The notes under the pieces were generated by a model that saw only the letters and a program-made list of their open reading frames with translations, made no database searches and was not told where the DNA came from. DNA of 64,000 bases from Anaerolineae bacterium (GTDB taxonomy: Bacteria; Chloroflexota; Anaerolineae; UBA2200). The stretch covers positions 1,138 to 65,137 of the forward strand of contig JBFEPU010000001.1 in the NCBI GenBank assembly GCA_041549915.1. Direction: 5' to 3'. Made by a program: the position numbers and the translations under genes. Of this stretch, positions 19,901 to 29,569 are shown one piece after another (within the stretch, counting starts at the first letter, position 1; every line of letters starts with the position of its first letter).

Positions 19901-22900
19901 ACAGAAAGCAGCTTCTGCATTCGTTCCAGTTCCGGTGTGCTGATATCCATTTCGCGCAATTCCTGTCGGTGGATATCACGGGCTCTGCCAAAGGCGCGTC
20001 TCACCATCAACCACGACTGGTAGCGACGCGCCGCCGTCAGCGCCTCCTCGCGTGACGTCGCTGCCAGGGTAACACAGGCCACCTCAGCGCCGGTATGCGG
20101 CAGAAGGCGAAGCCTCTGACCAATACACATGATCGGATCCAGTGTTGCTCCGGTGGTACCAGACAGCCCTGAGCGGCCGCGCGTCAGCGCTGCAGGCTCA
20201 CGAGGTGTCTGACCCCGATCGAGGAAACGGACCCGGTCGGTCTCGTAGGCACCGGTGGTCTTCCTGCGGCCTTTGGTGACCAGCAGGTGGGCCAGGTAGA
20301 TGGGCTCCTCCTCGTCGGAACGCGGGCGACGCCGAAACAGAAGTGTGTTCAGTTCGGGCACGTATTCACTTTCCACAAAGAGCTTGCCGAACGCTTGGTG
20401 CCGGGCGTCCGCATCCCGCGAGCCGAGCACGACCTCTGCATAGCTGCTGAGCCATAAATCGCGGCGAAGGTTGCTGTCGTTGGTCAAAGTCACGCGTCGG
20501 ATCTCCACATCGTCGTCCGGTGATACGGTCACCTCCGCACGGAGCGAAATGTCGTGGTCCTTGCGACGGAACTCTACCTTGTGGGCGTAGACGAGCACCT
20601 CCTCCCAGCCCGGCGCCGCAGCCGTGGGCTGGTAGCCTACAGACCACAGCTTGTTGCGACTCCTGTCCTGGACATAGATCCAGGTGCCCCAGTTATCCAG
20701 GGTCGTGTCAGCACGCCAACGAGTGAGAGCCACGCCATTCCACTCACTGTAGCCCCCGCCGGCGCTGGTGATCAACACCGAGTACCTCCCATTGGAGAGC
20801 AGGCATGTCTCAGGCACCGGTTTGCGCATAGATGTGTGATAGGGTGAGTCACTGGGCAGCGGTCTGGCCGGGCGGGCAGCCCGCGTTTCCTGCGGGTGTG
20901 GGTACTCAGCAGGTGCCTGTGATGGTATCTGCTCGTGAAGGATCAACCCAGTGGCCTGGATGCGCGGATCGGCATGGAAGCGCCCCACCATGACGTCGTC
21001 ACACAGGTAGTTCACGATGGACAGCAAGATCATGCCCTGGTGATGCGCCATATAAGATCGCACGATCGCGCTCTGCTGCCCTGGCGGGACACGCGATGTG
21101 GTGTAGTCAACGGCCTCATACAGGCCATAGCGGCCCAACATGCCCCGCTCGATCAGAGCAGACAGGTTGTCCAGCGTCGCCATGGGGCGCATCGATAGTG
21201 CGAGCAGCGAAGCGTAGGGTGCCACGACCAACTCCTCGCTCAAGCCGCGCTTCAGGCCCAGGCCGGGGACACCAAATGCTTTGTACTGGTAGTTCCCTGC
21301 CGCGTCAAAGAGATAGTACCCAGACTCCGAGATGCCCCAGGGTACGCCCCGCTGACGTGCATAAGCGATCTGACGCTCAACCGCGACGGTCTTGGCTTGA
21401 TGCAGCAGTGTGTCGCTATAGCTGCGCATCAGGAGCTGCGGCATCAGGTACTCAAACATCGTTCCGCTCCACGATAGAAGCGTACGAGTGCCGTCAATAA
21501 GGGTGAATGCACGGCTCAGGTGCAACCAGTGGCTCTTCGGCACGTCGCCTTTCGCGATGGCCACGAGGCTGGCCAAACGCGCCTCAGAGGCAAGCAGGTC
21601 ATAGTAGTTCTTGTCCATCTGTGCTGCCGAGATGTTGTAGCCGATGTGAAACACCTCACGACGCTGGTCGAACAGGAACTGAAAATCCATAGCCTGGAAG
21701 TACTCTTCCGATTCTGCGGCCAAGACGTCGAGCGTGTGAGCGATGTCGCCGGCTCGCTTCTCGGCCGAATCTAGCTTCTCTGTGAGGTCGCAGCACCAGG
21801 CCAGCGCCTCCTTCGTCTCCAGACCGTCGGTCTGTCCGCTGAGAAGCGCCTGCAGTTCATTCAGGCACTGGCGCATCTCCTGACAGATCTGTGGAACCTC
21901 TGCAAGGCTCGCCATCTTCGTCCCCGCGCTCATGAGCCCTTTGCAGGCTGTTCCGATGGGCGTGGTCAGATCCGCCTGGGTGAATAGCTTCGGGCGGTAG
22001 ACCATCGGCTCAAGCCATGGCAGCAGACTGTCGATCTCATGCAGCATGTTTTGCAGGTGGCGCCGGCTCGACTCCGACCAGGTTCTCAGATCGCGCACGG
22101 TCTCTACGTCCAAGGCCTCTGCCTCGCCTTTGAGCAACTCACGTAGACGCTGCTCAAACTCCGGCCAGTCCGATCTGGTCAGTTCGACCAACAGGGAGCG
22201 CCACTCAGCGGGGTTCTCTTGCGCTCCCAAGACGCGTGCTCGCATCTGTTCGAGGAGCTGCTCGAGCGAACCATATTCCACCTCTGTCTGCGGGCTGTGG
22301 GAGGACTTGAGCGACTCTGACAGCAGGTTCAACTGATCTGTCCAGCCGTGAAGAGACTGCCTGCTCAGGATAGATCGATCCACGGCGTCGCGACAGCCGC
22401 GCTTGAGCGCCAGCAGACACCCCGCCAGGTTGCCGCTGTCAACGGTGGAGACGTAGCGGGGGAGCAGTGGATGCAGGTCGCGCGTGTCGTACCAGTTCAG
22501 AAAGTGCCCTCGATGGCGCTCCATCTGCGCCAGATTGTCGAACGTGAACCGCAGCCGATAGGCCAGGTCAGCGGCTCCGACATAGCCCAGGTCAAATGCG
22601 GCCAAGGTGGAGAGAAGTTGCATGCCGATGTTGGTTGGCGAGGTACGGCGGGCGTGTTGACCCCGAGGCTCTTCCTGATAGTGATCTGGCGGAAGCCAGT
22701 GATCCTCTGGCCCAACAAAGTGTTCGAAATAAAGCCAGGTGCGCCGGGCCAAGGAGCGCAGCTGCTGTCGCTGCCGCAGTGACAGCTGAACCACTTCCTT
22801 CACCACGGGCCGGCTGATCCAGTGAGCGATCTGTGGCGAGACCAGCCATGACAGTATGAAAGGAGCAGCGATGGCCAGCACCTCGGGTCTCAACCAGGCC

Positions 22901-25545
22901 AGCAGCAGAGCAAAGCCCACGGCAAGCACTGCCGAACTGACCATGCGGACCCATGCCAAAGCCAGCCTGCGTTCCTTCCTGAAGAGGCGGATGGTGTGGG
23001 CAGCAGTGGTCCACTGCAGCAGGTGCCGGTGGGTGATGAACAGGCGCACCAGTGTGCTGCCGATGGCATCGATGATAATCAGTGTCTCGTAGGTAAGAAA
23101 GACCAGGCCCAGCAGCCATCGCACCGCTCTGGTCCAAAGTGAGTAGATCATAGCTCTCCTGAACAACTTGCTTCCGCCAGCAATAAGATCCGCCACTATC
23201 TGGCTGAGGAAAGGCGCGGCGGACATGAGCAGTGCGATGCCCGTCCACGCCAGCGCTGAGCCAGGGAGCCACAGCCAGCCGGCAAGCAAAAGCGCTAACA
23301 GCGATGGGCAGACCAGGCTGCGTCTCAAGTTGTCCAGCACCTTCCAGCGGTCAATAAGTGAAAGCCCATTGCTCATCCGCCGGCCTCCTGCGATTGGCAC
23401 GCGAGGAAACAACCACGGGAGCAATTGCCAGTCGCCGCGGATCCAGCGGTGCTGACGGAAGGCGTAGGCCAAGTAGTGCGCGGGGAAATCCTCGTAGAAA
23501 GTCACCGTAGTGCACAGGCCCGCCCGGCCCTGAAGGCCCTCGAACAGGTCGTGGCTGAGGAGGGCATTCTGCGGAACGCGCCCTGCCAGGCTGCGCTCAA
23601 ATGCAGCGACATCATATATGCCCTTCCCGGCGTAGATGCCCTCGCCAAAAAAGTCCTGATAGACGTTCGACACGGCTCGGGTGTAAAGGTCTACCACCGT
23701 ATCCCCGGCATATATCTGGGCGAAGAGCGACTCGTTAGTCGAGGGCGGCCAGACTTCTAGGCGGGGCTGCAGGACAGTGTAGCCACCGACCACTTCCCCG
23801 CTGTGCGGATCAAACCGCGCACGGTTGAGCGGATGGGCGATCGTGGCTATGAGTTGGCGAGCGCTATCCCGTGGCATGATCGTGTCACGATCAAGGGTGA
23901 TGGCGTACTCGATCCCGTGGAGATCATCCAGGTCACCTTCCTGCACCGCAAAGTGGATTTCCTCGCGTTCGCCGAGCAGCAACCGGTTAAAGTCCCCCAA
24001 CTTGCCGCGCTTACGTTCCCAACCCATCCAGTAGCCCTCCGAACCATTCCACTGTCGCTCGCGGTGGAAGAGGTAGAATTTAGTGCCGGATGAGCCCCCG
24101 TACTTGCCATTTAGCTCTCGAATGCCTTGCACCGCCTGCTCGATCAACTGGTCGTCACCGGGCATGTGCTTCTGCGGTGCGTCAGCAAAATCGGTTAGCA
24201 AGGCAAAAGACAGGCTGGGATCAGGGTTGCCCAGATAGTGCCGCTCCAGTTGTCGTAGCAGGGCCCGCACTTCATCTTCATCGGTCAACATGGTCGGAAG
24301 GAGGACAATAGCGCGGCCTTCCGCCGGGATGCCATACTCACAGTCCATTGCCGGCAATCTGCTGGGCGTGAGGGCGTGTGTCACAAGCCAGTTCACTACA
24401 TGGACCGCCGCAGCCGTTGCTGGCAACAGCGCAACGAGCACAACAGAAAGCAAGCGCAGCGATGTGCCCCCTGCAGACCAAGCATACCCAAGCAAGATCA
24501 CCAAGAGAAGGGCCGTCAGGAGGGCAATACCACCGAGATATGCTTCGGTCGGATGGCGCACCACCGAACGCTTCAGGCGCTCGCGCAGACCGGGCCGATA
24601 ACCCAGGCAGGTCTCCAGGTCCGCGCGGCCCTCGTCCACAAGGTAGTACCCAACATGCGAATCAGGCTGTCCGTCCCCCGCTTCCTTCTTGGCGAGCTGG
24701 ACCGCTGCTTCCGCCACGCTCTTCTCATCCTGTCCCTTTGCCTTTGCGAGCTCTTCGACCACTTTGCGATAGCGGTCGCGCGTCTCAAAGTCCATCCTGG
24801 CATAGACGCCCTGCGGATCGCCGCGCAGAGCTTGATCGACCTGGCTGACGCTCTCGAAAAAGTCATTCCAGTCATGCGCGGCGAGCCCCCGCAGACTCAG
24901 AATGCAGTTGGCAATGATACGATCCTCTGGCAGCTCCCGCCGTGAGCGCGGACTGTCCTGGCCAAAGCCCATCGCGACGGCGTGGTCCAGTCCGGTGACC
25001 TCTGCTGCTGCCTGGGTCAGATCCTCGAGGATGCCCAGTCGCAGCATGCTCGGGAGGGCCCACAGTTCGCCCATCGTCAGACTGGTGATACCTTGATAGA
25101 CACGGACGTAGCGACGCACTTGATCGAAAACGAGATAGTCGTTGCTCCAGGAGATGATCTCGCGTGCCACAGCCCGAATTTGCGGGCTGCGCTCACCGGA
25201 AGCGATCTCCACTGTGGGCAACTCTAGGTAGAAATGCGGGGGCAGATCCTCCTCGACCTGGCGCAACGCTTCCTGAATAACGTGAAAGTTGTCCAAGAAC
25301 CATTCACCAGCAGAGGAAACGGACAGTTGGGGGTCAGACGCAAAGCGCCCATGGGATTCGAGCAGGACCGTCCCGTGGTCCTTCAGGTAGCCTTGCAGGG
25401 AGAACCTTCGCCCCAGGCTCAGGCCGGCACCGTGCTGATTGGCGCTGGTGGTAGCCAATTCCTCGAGATCGTCAATGGGGGCACTGCTGCCATTGGTTGC
25501 GGCGTTGCCGGGTTGGTTGGATGCAGGTGGCCCGTCTTGCACCAT
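16966..25545 (-). CDS. Cyclic beta-1,2-glucan synthase-like giant glycosyltransferase/glycoside phosphorylase (NdvB/ChvB/Cgs family; GT84 + GH94 domains)
   Basis: 2859 aa, close to the ~2860 aa of Cgs. N-terminal multi-TM GT84 region and a C-terminal (alpha/alpha)6 GH94 phosphorylase-like region. The ATG at 25545 directly abuts the upstream Usp stop codon. Confidence 0.8.
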   Translation of the reverse strand: MVQDGPPASNQPGNAATNGSSAPIDDLEELATTSANQHGAGLSLGRRFSLQGYLKDHGTVLLESHGRFASDPQLSVSSAGEWFLDNFHVIQEALRQVEEDLPPHFYLELPTVEIASGERSPQIRAVAREIISWSNDYLVFDQVRRYVRVYQGITSLTMGELWALPSMLRLGILEDLTQAAAEVTGLDHAVAMGFGQDSPRSRRELPEDRIIANCILSLRGLAAHDWNDFFESVSQVDQALRGDPQGVYARMDFETRDRYRKVVEELAKAKGQDEKSVAEAAVQLAKKEAGDGQPDSHVGYYLVDEGRADLETCLGYRPGLRERLKRSVVRHPTEAYLGGIALLTALLLVILLGYAWSAGGTSLRLLSVVLVALLPATAAAVHVVNWLVTHALTPSRLPAMDCEYGIPAEGRAIVLLPTMLTDEDEVRALLRQLERHYLGNPDPSLSFALLTDFADAPQKHMPGDDQLIEQAVQGIRELNGKYGGSSGTKFYLFHRERQWNGSEGYWMGWERKRGKLGDFNRLLLGEREEIHFAVQEGDLDDLHGIEYAITLDRDTIMPRDSARQLIATIAHPLNRARFDPHSGEVVGGYTVLQPRLEVWPPSTNESLFAQIYAGDTVVDLYTRAVSNVYQDFFGEGIYAGKGIYDVAAFERSLAGRVPQNALLSHDLFEGLQGRAGLCTTVTFYEDFPAHYLAYAFRQHRWIRGDWQLLPWLFPRVPIAGGRRMSNGLSLIDRWKVLDNLRRSLVCPSLLALLLAGWLWLPGSALAWTGIALLMSAAPFLSQIVADLIAGGSKLFRRAMIYSLWTRAVRWLLGLVFLTYETLIIIDAIGSTLVRLFITHRHLLQWTTAAHTIRLFRKERRLALAWVRMVSSAVLAVGFALLLAWLRPEVLAIAAPFILSWLVSPQIAHWISRPVVKEVVQLSLRQRQQLRSLARRTWLYFEHFVGPEDHWLPPDHYQEEPRGQHARRTSPTNIGMQLLSTLAAFDLGYVGAADLAYRLRFTFDNLAQMERHRGHFLNWYDTRDLHPLLPRYVSTVDSGNLAGCLLALKRGCRDAVDRSILSRQSLHGWTDQLNLLSESLKSSHSPQTEVEYGSLEQLLEQMRARVLGAQENPAEWRSLLVELTRSDWPEFEQRLRELLKGEAEALDVETVRDLRTWSESSRRHLQNMLHEIDSLLPWLEPMVYRPKLFTQADLTTPIGTACKGLMSAGTKMASLAEVPQICQEMRQCLNELQALLSGQTDGLETKEALAWCCDLTEKLDSAEKRAGDIAHTLDVLAAESEEYFQAMDFQFLFDQRREVFHIGYNISAAQMDKNYYDLLASEARLASLVAIAKGDVPKSHWLHLSRAFTLIDGTRTLLSWSGTMFEYLMPQLLMRSYSDTLLHQAKTVAVERQIAYARQRGVPWGISESGYYLFDAAGNYQYKAFGVPGLGLKRGLSEELVVAPYASLLALSMRPMATLDNLSALIERGMLGRYGLYEAVDYTTSRVPPGQQSAIVRSYMAHHQGMILLSIVNYLCDDVMVGRFHADPRIQATGLILHEQIPSQAPAEYPHPQETRAARPARPLPSDSPYHTSMRKPVPETCLLSNGRYSVLITSAGGGYSEWNGVALTRWRADTTLDNWGTWIYVQDRSRNKLWSVGYQPTAAAPGWEEVLVYAHKVEFRRKDHDISLRAEVTVSPDDDVEIRRVTLTNDSNLRRDLWLSSYAEVVLGSRDADARHQAFGKLFVESEYVPELNTLLFRRRPRSDEEEPIYLAHLLVTKGRRKTTGAYETDRVRFLDRGQTPREPAALTRGRSGLSGTTGATLDPIMCIGQRLRLLPHTGAEVACVTLAATSREEALTAARRYQSWLMVRRAFGRARDIHRQELREMDISTPELERMQKLLSVLLYSHSGLRADPSTLAGNRQGQSSLWPYAISGDYPILLICIRDRDEADLLYEVLRAHAYWRKRQLKVDLVILNERETGYADELHSYVHRLIARTGGENWMNRRGGVFVLRADQLDEGSRTLLQTAAGAILRGNAGSLGDQLARLEVVPAGLPDLVPSLSGDQAAEVAESTPAVQRPQDLLFDNGRGGFGADGREYVIYLQRDGWTPAPWINVIVNASFGFLVSESGSGYTWSENSGENRLTPWRNDPVSDTPGEALYLRDEETGEVWSPTPLPARASAPYLVRHGAGYSIFEHCSHGLCQRLRLFAVPDRPVKIIQLKLENLLERYRRITATFYAEWVLGTNREGTQQYIVPEFDLSRNLLLARNTYSEEFRERVAFVAASKELHGLTCDRTEFLGREGDMAQPAALRRLGLSGRVEPGLDPCAAAQIHVDLAPGDSTEVFFLLGQGADYDEALRLVENHRDAAAVDAAWEAVNDSWDHLLSTVQVETPEPTIDLLLNRWLLYQALSCRVWARSALYQSSGAFGFRDQLQDVMALTHAAPEIARQHILRAARHQFEAGDVLHWWHPPSGRGVRTRYADDLLWLPFVTAHYVECTGDESVLREELPFRRGDPLEAGEVERYGHYKVTTEAQSLYEHCCRALDKGSTAGPHGLPLMGSGDWNDGMNQVGVNGRGESVWLGWFLYANLQRFAPLCELMGDGDRASECRERAQDLRQALEEHGWDGGWYLRAYFDDGTPLGSAQNLECQVASIAQSWAVLSGAADAQRAEPAMEAVWENLLREKERLLLLFTPPFDRSEPNPGYIKGYPPGIRENGGQYTHAALWATWAFALLGQGDRAEALFRLLNPIGHSATPERVARYRVEPYVIAADIYSNPAHLGRGGWTWYTGSAAWMYRVGLEAILGLRREGDVLYFEPCVPREWSEYSIRYRDGRTHYHIRIMNPQAVNRGVKQVSLDGGDLPGAKIPLLGDGKQHEVQVWMG

Positions 25546-26511
25546 CTAGTGTCCCGTGCGCTCGTGGGCAAGACTCTCGGCCTCAGTCGGCCCGATCTCG
25601 TCAGGCGGGAGATCCTGGGCAATAAGCAACGGGGTTGTGCCTTGGACAAGAAAGCTGAGAGCGAGGCTGCCGTACGTACTGCTGGTGCTCCCCGTGTACC
25701 CGTGGGCGCTCATGACGACCAGGTCGACCTGCTCCTCCTTGACCAGGTCATGCAGCGTCTGGGCAGGCTCCTCGCTGAGCAGGAGCCGTGTTTGGACATC
25801 GACCTGCTCTGCAGCCATGGCGGACCGCAGTTCGTCAAGGTATCGCCCGGCCTCGGTGCGGTTCAAGTCAACCACTCTTTCGCGTGCCTCGCGCTCTTCG
25901 TCGGAAAGCGGGCGGCGGCGCGGCATTTCGGGCCTTCGTACGACGTGCGCCAAGATGAGCGTCGCCCCGTGAGAACGCGCGAGCATGCTGGCCAGTGGCA
26001 ACGGATGTTCGGCTCGCTGGGAGCAGTCCAAGGGGCACAGCAGGCGAGAGTAGGTCAGTCCGGATAGCTGGGGGGCGACGGGCCGATAGGCTCGCACGAT
26101 CAGCAGGGAAACTCGCGCTCGCGCGATGATCTTCTGTACCACACTGCTCACGTTCCACCCAGTCAGACCACTCCGCCCGTGACTGCTCAGCGCGATCAGA
26201 TCGGAGTGAGACTGGTCTGCAAACGCCAGAATCTGCTCCGCGGGCTTGCCGTCCAAGCGCCTCACGCCTACGTCGAGCCCGGCTTCTGCCAGCTGGCCCG
26301 AGATATTCTCCAGATATGCGTCGGCCTCCGCCGTCCGAAAGTGCCAGCTCATCGCGTTGATCGCCCCAGTCTCCTCGTCGCCCGCCGATGGACGGCACAC
26401 GTTCACGAGGGTCACCTTGGCCCCGAGTGATCGACTCATGGCGACCACGTGCGGCAATACGCACTCGGCCAGCGTCGAGCCGTCCAATGGCACGAGGATC
26501 TTCTCGAACAT
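25546..26511 (-). CDS. Universal stress protein, tandem UspA domains
   Basis: Two Usp repeats (MFEKILVPLDGS... and ...RLLCPLDCSQ...ATLILAHVV). SD GGAAGGAG upstream. Stop is contiguous with the start of the giant gene. Confidence 0.8.
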   Translation of the reverse strand: MFEKILVPLDGSTLAECVLPHVVAMSRSLGAKVTLVNVCRPSAGDEETGAINAMSWHFRTAEADAYLENISGQLAEAGLDVGVRRLDGKPAEQILAFADQSHSDLIALSSHGRSGLTGWNVSSVVQKIIARARVSLLIVRAYRPVAPQLSGLTYSRLLCPLDCSQRAEHPLPLASMLARSHGATLILAHVVRRPEMPRRRPLSDEEREARERVVDLNRTEAGRYLDELRSAMAAEQVDVQTRLLLSEEPAQTLHDLVKEEQVDLVVMSAHGYTGSTSSTYGSLALSFLVQGTTPLLIAQDLPPDEIGPTEAESLAHERTGH

Positions 26512-27221
26512 GTAGTCACTCCTTCCGGTCAGCCTACGCCCAGTACCGCAGCAAGGCCGCTCAGTACGCAGAGCTGCGCTACCACAGAGTCTCCGTGGCT
26601 ACAGCATTCCTGTTCTCGAAACACAACCGGCTGGCTAGCTGAGGAGCCAACCCCTCTCACCACTGCACCCTCCGCGCGGGCATCTTTGGCGCCTACTCAG
26701 AGCGGTGAAAGCCAAACTGATGAGGGTTCCGCCGACTGAAGATTCCTGCTGTGGAATCCCAGCGATGGAGCATCCTTGCTGACGCGGGGTTTGTGAAGAG
26801 ACGGATCCAGTATTGTCGTGACCAGGCCCATGCGTTGCCAAGCCGGTGCACAGATCCAGATTGCGTCGGGTTCTACAATCCATGATACGCAGCTTGGCTC
26901 TCACGGTCAAACCGTGACCGGCCATGCCTCAGATGGATTGGACGGAGAAGACCAGCACCTCATAGAACCTGGCGGCACATGGGCGATCCCAGCGGGTGTG
27001 GCTGGCCGGGTGCCCGTGACCCTGTTCCCTCGGTTCCACTCCTCACAGCAGATCCTGATACGAGCCAGAGAACTGGAGGCTGTCACCGGCAGCGGTACGC
27101 GGTACGAGAATATCACTCAGAGAAACAGCGCTGTGCTTGGGGGACCGCGTCAGGCGGCTGGCGAGTGGTAGCCAGACACCCAGCAAGTGCAACCATGTCG
27201 GGGCGCAGAGTTGGCGTGCAC

Positions 27222-28397
27222 TCAGCGCACGTACGGACGCAGATGTCGGCTGCGACTGGGGTGTCTCAGCCGGCGAAGCGCGTCTCGTTCAATCTGTCGG
27301 ATGCGCTCCCGGGTCAAGCCGAACTTTGCTGCTACCTCTTTGAGCGTGTGCGGACGCCCATCCTGCAGTCCGAAGCGCAGGCGCAGGATGCGCGCTTGAC
27401 GAGGGGGCAGAGTGAAAAGAACCTGGTCCATCTGGTCGGCCAGCAGACTGTCGATGGCTTCATCCATAGGCGTGGGACTGTCCTCATCCTCAATGAACTG
27501 CCCCAGTTCACTGTCCCTTTCCTCCCCCACTGGCTTTTGCAGGGAAAGCGGGCGCTGTGAGACCTTGATCAGCCACCGCACTCGCGCAGGCGCCATGCCC
27601 AACTGCTCGGCGATCTCTCCTGCTGTGGCCCTTCTCCCCCGACGCTGCCCCAACTGCTGTGCCGTGCGGTATACCTTTCGAATGCGATATCCAATGTAGG
27701 ACGGCAGCCGAATGACACGACCCTGCTGGCTCAATGCCCGGGTGACGCTCTGGCGTATCCACCAAGTGGCATACGTGCTAAACTTGCAGCCTCTGCGATA
27801 GTCGAATCTGTCGACCGCTTTCATCAGTCCTAGATTGCCTTCCTGGATGAGATCGAGGAAAGGAACACCGTGGCCCACATAGCGCTTGGCGATGCTGACC
27901 ACCAGACGCGTGTTGGCTTTGACCAGATGACTGCGGGCATCCCTCCCCATCTCAGCCTGACGGACGTACCGTTGACGCAGTGATGGATTCTGGCCACCTT
28001 TCTCGATTCTCCGTTGCGCAATCCTGCCGCGTTCGATTCGCTTGGCCAGACGGACTTCTTCTTCACGCGTCAGCAAGGGTACGCTGGACATCTGCTTGAA
28101 GTACAAGCTGATAGAGTCGTGGCTGTCGATACCGCTGAGGTCAGCGGCGGTCTCTGCCCTACGTGCTTCCTTGTTGGGTGCTGCCCGATCCTTCTCGGCA
28201 TCGCGTTCGATGATCTCGATGCCGCGACCGTACAGGTACACCGTCAGATCTTCGAACTGCGGTAGGTTCTCCTCCGCCTCCGGGAAGGCTTCGAGCACAT
28301 CGTCCACAGTCAGGTATCCCTGTTCTTCCGCCATGTCGATCAGTTCCTGCACTGGATGCAGCAACTTGTCCCCTGATTCGAAAGTCATCTGCCTCAT
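27222..28397 (-). CDS. Principal RNA polymerase sigma factor (sigma-70 family, RpoD/SigA-like)
   Basis: Regions 2-4 are present (DLIQEGNLGLMKAVDRFDYRRGCKFSTYATWWIRQSVTRAL, and an HTH in region 4). Start placed at the internal ATG at 28397 (MRQMTFESG); the longer track ORF would overlap rpmI. Confidence 0.85.
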   Translation of the reverse strand: MRQMTFESGDKLLHPVQELIDMAEEQGYLTVDDVLEAFPEAEENLPQFEDLTVYLYGRGIEIIERDAEKDRAAPNKEARRAETAADLSGIDSHDSISLYFKQMSSVPLLTREEEVRLAKRIERGRIAQRRIEKGGQNPSLRQRYVRQAEMGRDARSHLVKANTRLVVSIAKRYVGHGVPFLDLIQEGNLGLMKAVDRFDYRRGCKFSTYATWWIRQSVTRALSQQGRVIRLPSYIGYRIRKVYRTAQQLGQRRGRRATAGEIAEQLGMAPARVRWLIKVSQRPLSLQKPVGEERDSELGQFIEDEDSPTPMDEAIDSLLADQMDQVLFTLPPRQARILRLRFGLQDGRPHTLKEVAAKFGLTRERIRQIERDALRRLRHPSRSRHLRPYVR

Positions 28398-28443
28398 TTG
28401 CCCGTTCTTCCTGTGTCTGTGCGCGCACAGCCCGTGTACGGTG

Positions 28444-28656
28444 TCACCTCTGCTTCGCCTTGCGCAGGCCAAAGATTCGGCGCACCCTGTTGGCATCCAC
28501 GCTAGCCAAGGGCACGTCTTTGTCCAAGGAGCGAAGAACACGCTTCGATTTCCTACGACGCAAATGGCTGCGGCGCTGCTTCAGTCGGAACAGCCTTCTC
28601 GAACCGGTGATCTGAAACCGCTTTGCCGTTGCCTTGTGTGTCTTCATCTTTGGCAT
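28444..28656 (-). CDS. rpmI: 50S ribosomal protein L35
   Basis: MPKMKTHKATAKRFQITGS... is the canonical L35 N-terminus. Start at 28656 rather than the track's extended ORF. Confidence 0.85.
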   Translation of the reverse strand: MPKMKTHKATAKRFQITGSRRLFRLKQRRSHLRRRKSKRVLRSLDKDVPLASVDANRVRRIFGLRKAKQR

Positions 28657-29078
28657 ATGTCGATGTCTTCTCCCATTCATATCCCTCGGCCGCTAGTACA
28701 CCGTTTCGGAGGCCTGGTAGGCCGGACTGGGAAATTCCGCAGTCGCACGCCAGCAGATTCCACCTCGGTTCACTGCAGTTCCTTGAAGAGAAGGACAGCT
28801 ACGCGTCAGGAGGGCATGCGGACAGAGGCGCCAGGCCACCAACCGGATCCCAGGCTCGCCCGATCAGCTCATGAGCAGAGCGCAAGGCCACCCGCTCAGC
28901 GCATCGCTGAGCGGGGTGGTGGTCTGTGCTTCGTCGACTCAAATCCAGCGAGCAGGGGAGAGCGACCGAAATCTGCTGGCCTCTTGTACCTCTCCGGGGC
29001 ACGGCCGAGCATAGTCATTGCTGCTATCAAACCAGGCTGGTAGTGCCTGCTACTGCCAATCCTTTGCTCTTTGATCTG

Positions 29079-29291
29079 TTACATCCTGCGAAGGCGTCTG
29101 CGCACCTTTCGCTGCCGCCTGCGCTCGCGGTTTATCGCCTTGCGAAGCGCTCTGTGACGCTGCTCGCTCTTTGACACGTAGAAGCGCCTTTTCCTAACCT
29201 CGCTCAAGATGCGAGCACGGGATACTTTCTTCCGAAAGCGCTTGAGTAAGCTATCAAACGATTCTCCATCCTGCAGAGTGACTTTCGCCAA
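29079..29291 (-). CDS. rpsU: 30S ribosomal protein S21
   Basis: 70 aa, highly basic. FDSLLKRFRKKVSRARILSEVRKRRFY matches the S21 core. Confidence 0.8.
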   Translation of the reverse strand: MAKVTLQDGESFDSLLKRFRKKVSRARILSEVRKRRFYVSKSEQRHRALRKAINRERRRQRKVRRRLRRM

Positions 29292-29569
29292 CTACTTCAC
29301 CTCCTTGTCCTGTGTTTCGTTCCCGCATATCGTGTCATCCTCGTCGCCTGGACTGCCCCTTCACTCCATGCTCTGTGTTCTGCAGCGCGCTGCGGACACA
29401 CCATCTAGTGTCAGGCAAGTCGGCCATCCAACCTGGCCGCAAAAGCAGCCGTGTGCCCGATGCCGAGGCACAAGTCTCGGATTCGCCGCAGTGCAGAGGA
29501 CATTGGAGATAATGCCTTGCCCATGTGCCACGCCCTGACACGTCGCGTTGTTCATCCATTTCAGTTCTT

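Noticed and set aside
28444-28541. Apparent 98-nt overlap between the L35 gene and the sigma-factor ORF
   Set aside because: It is caused by the ORF track extending the sigma factor to an upstream in-frame Met. The conserved protein starts at the internal ATG at 28397, leaving a 46-nt spacer.
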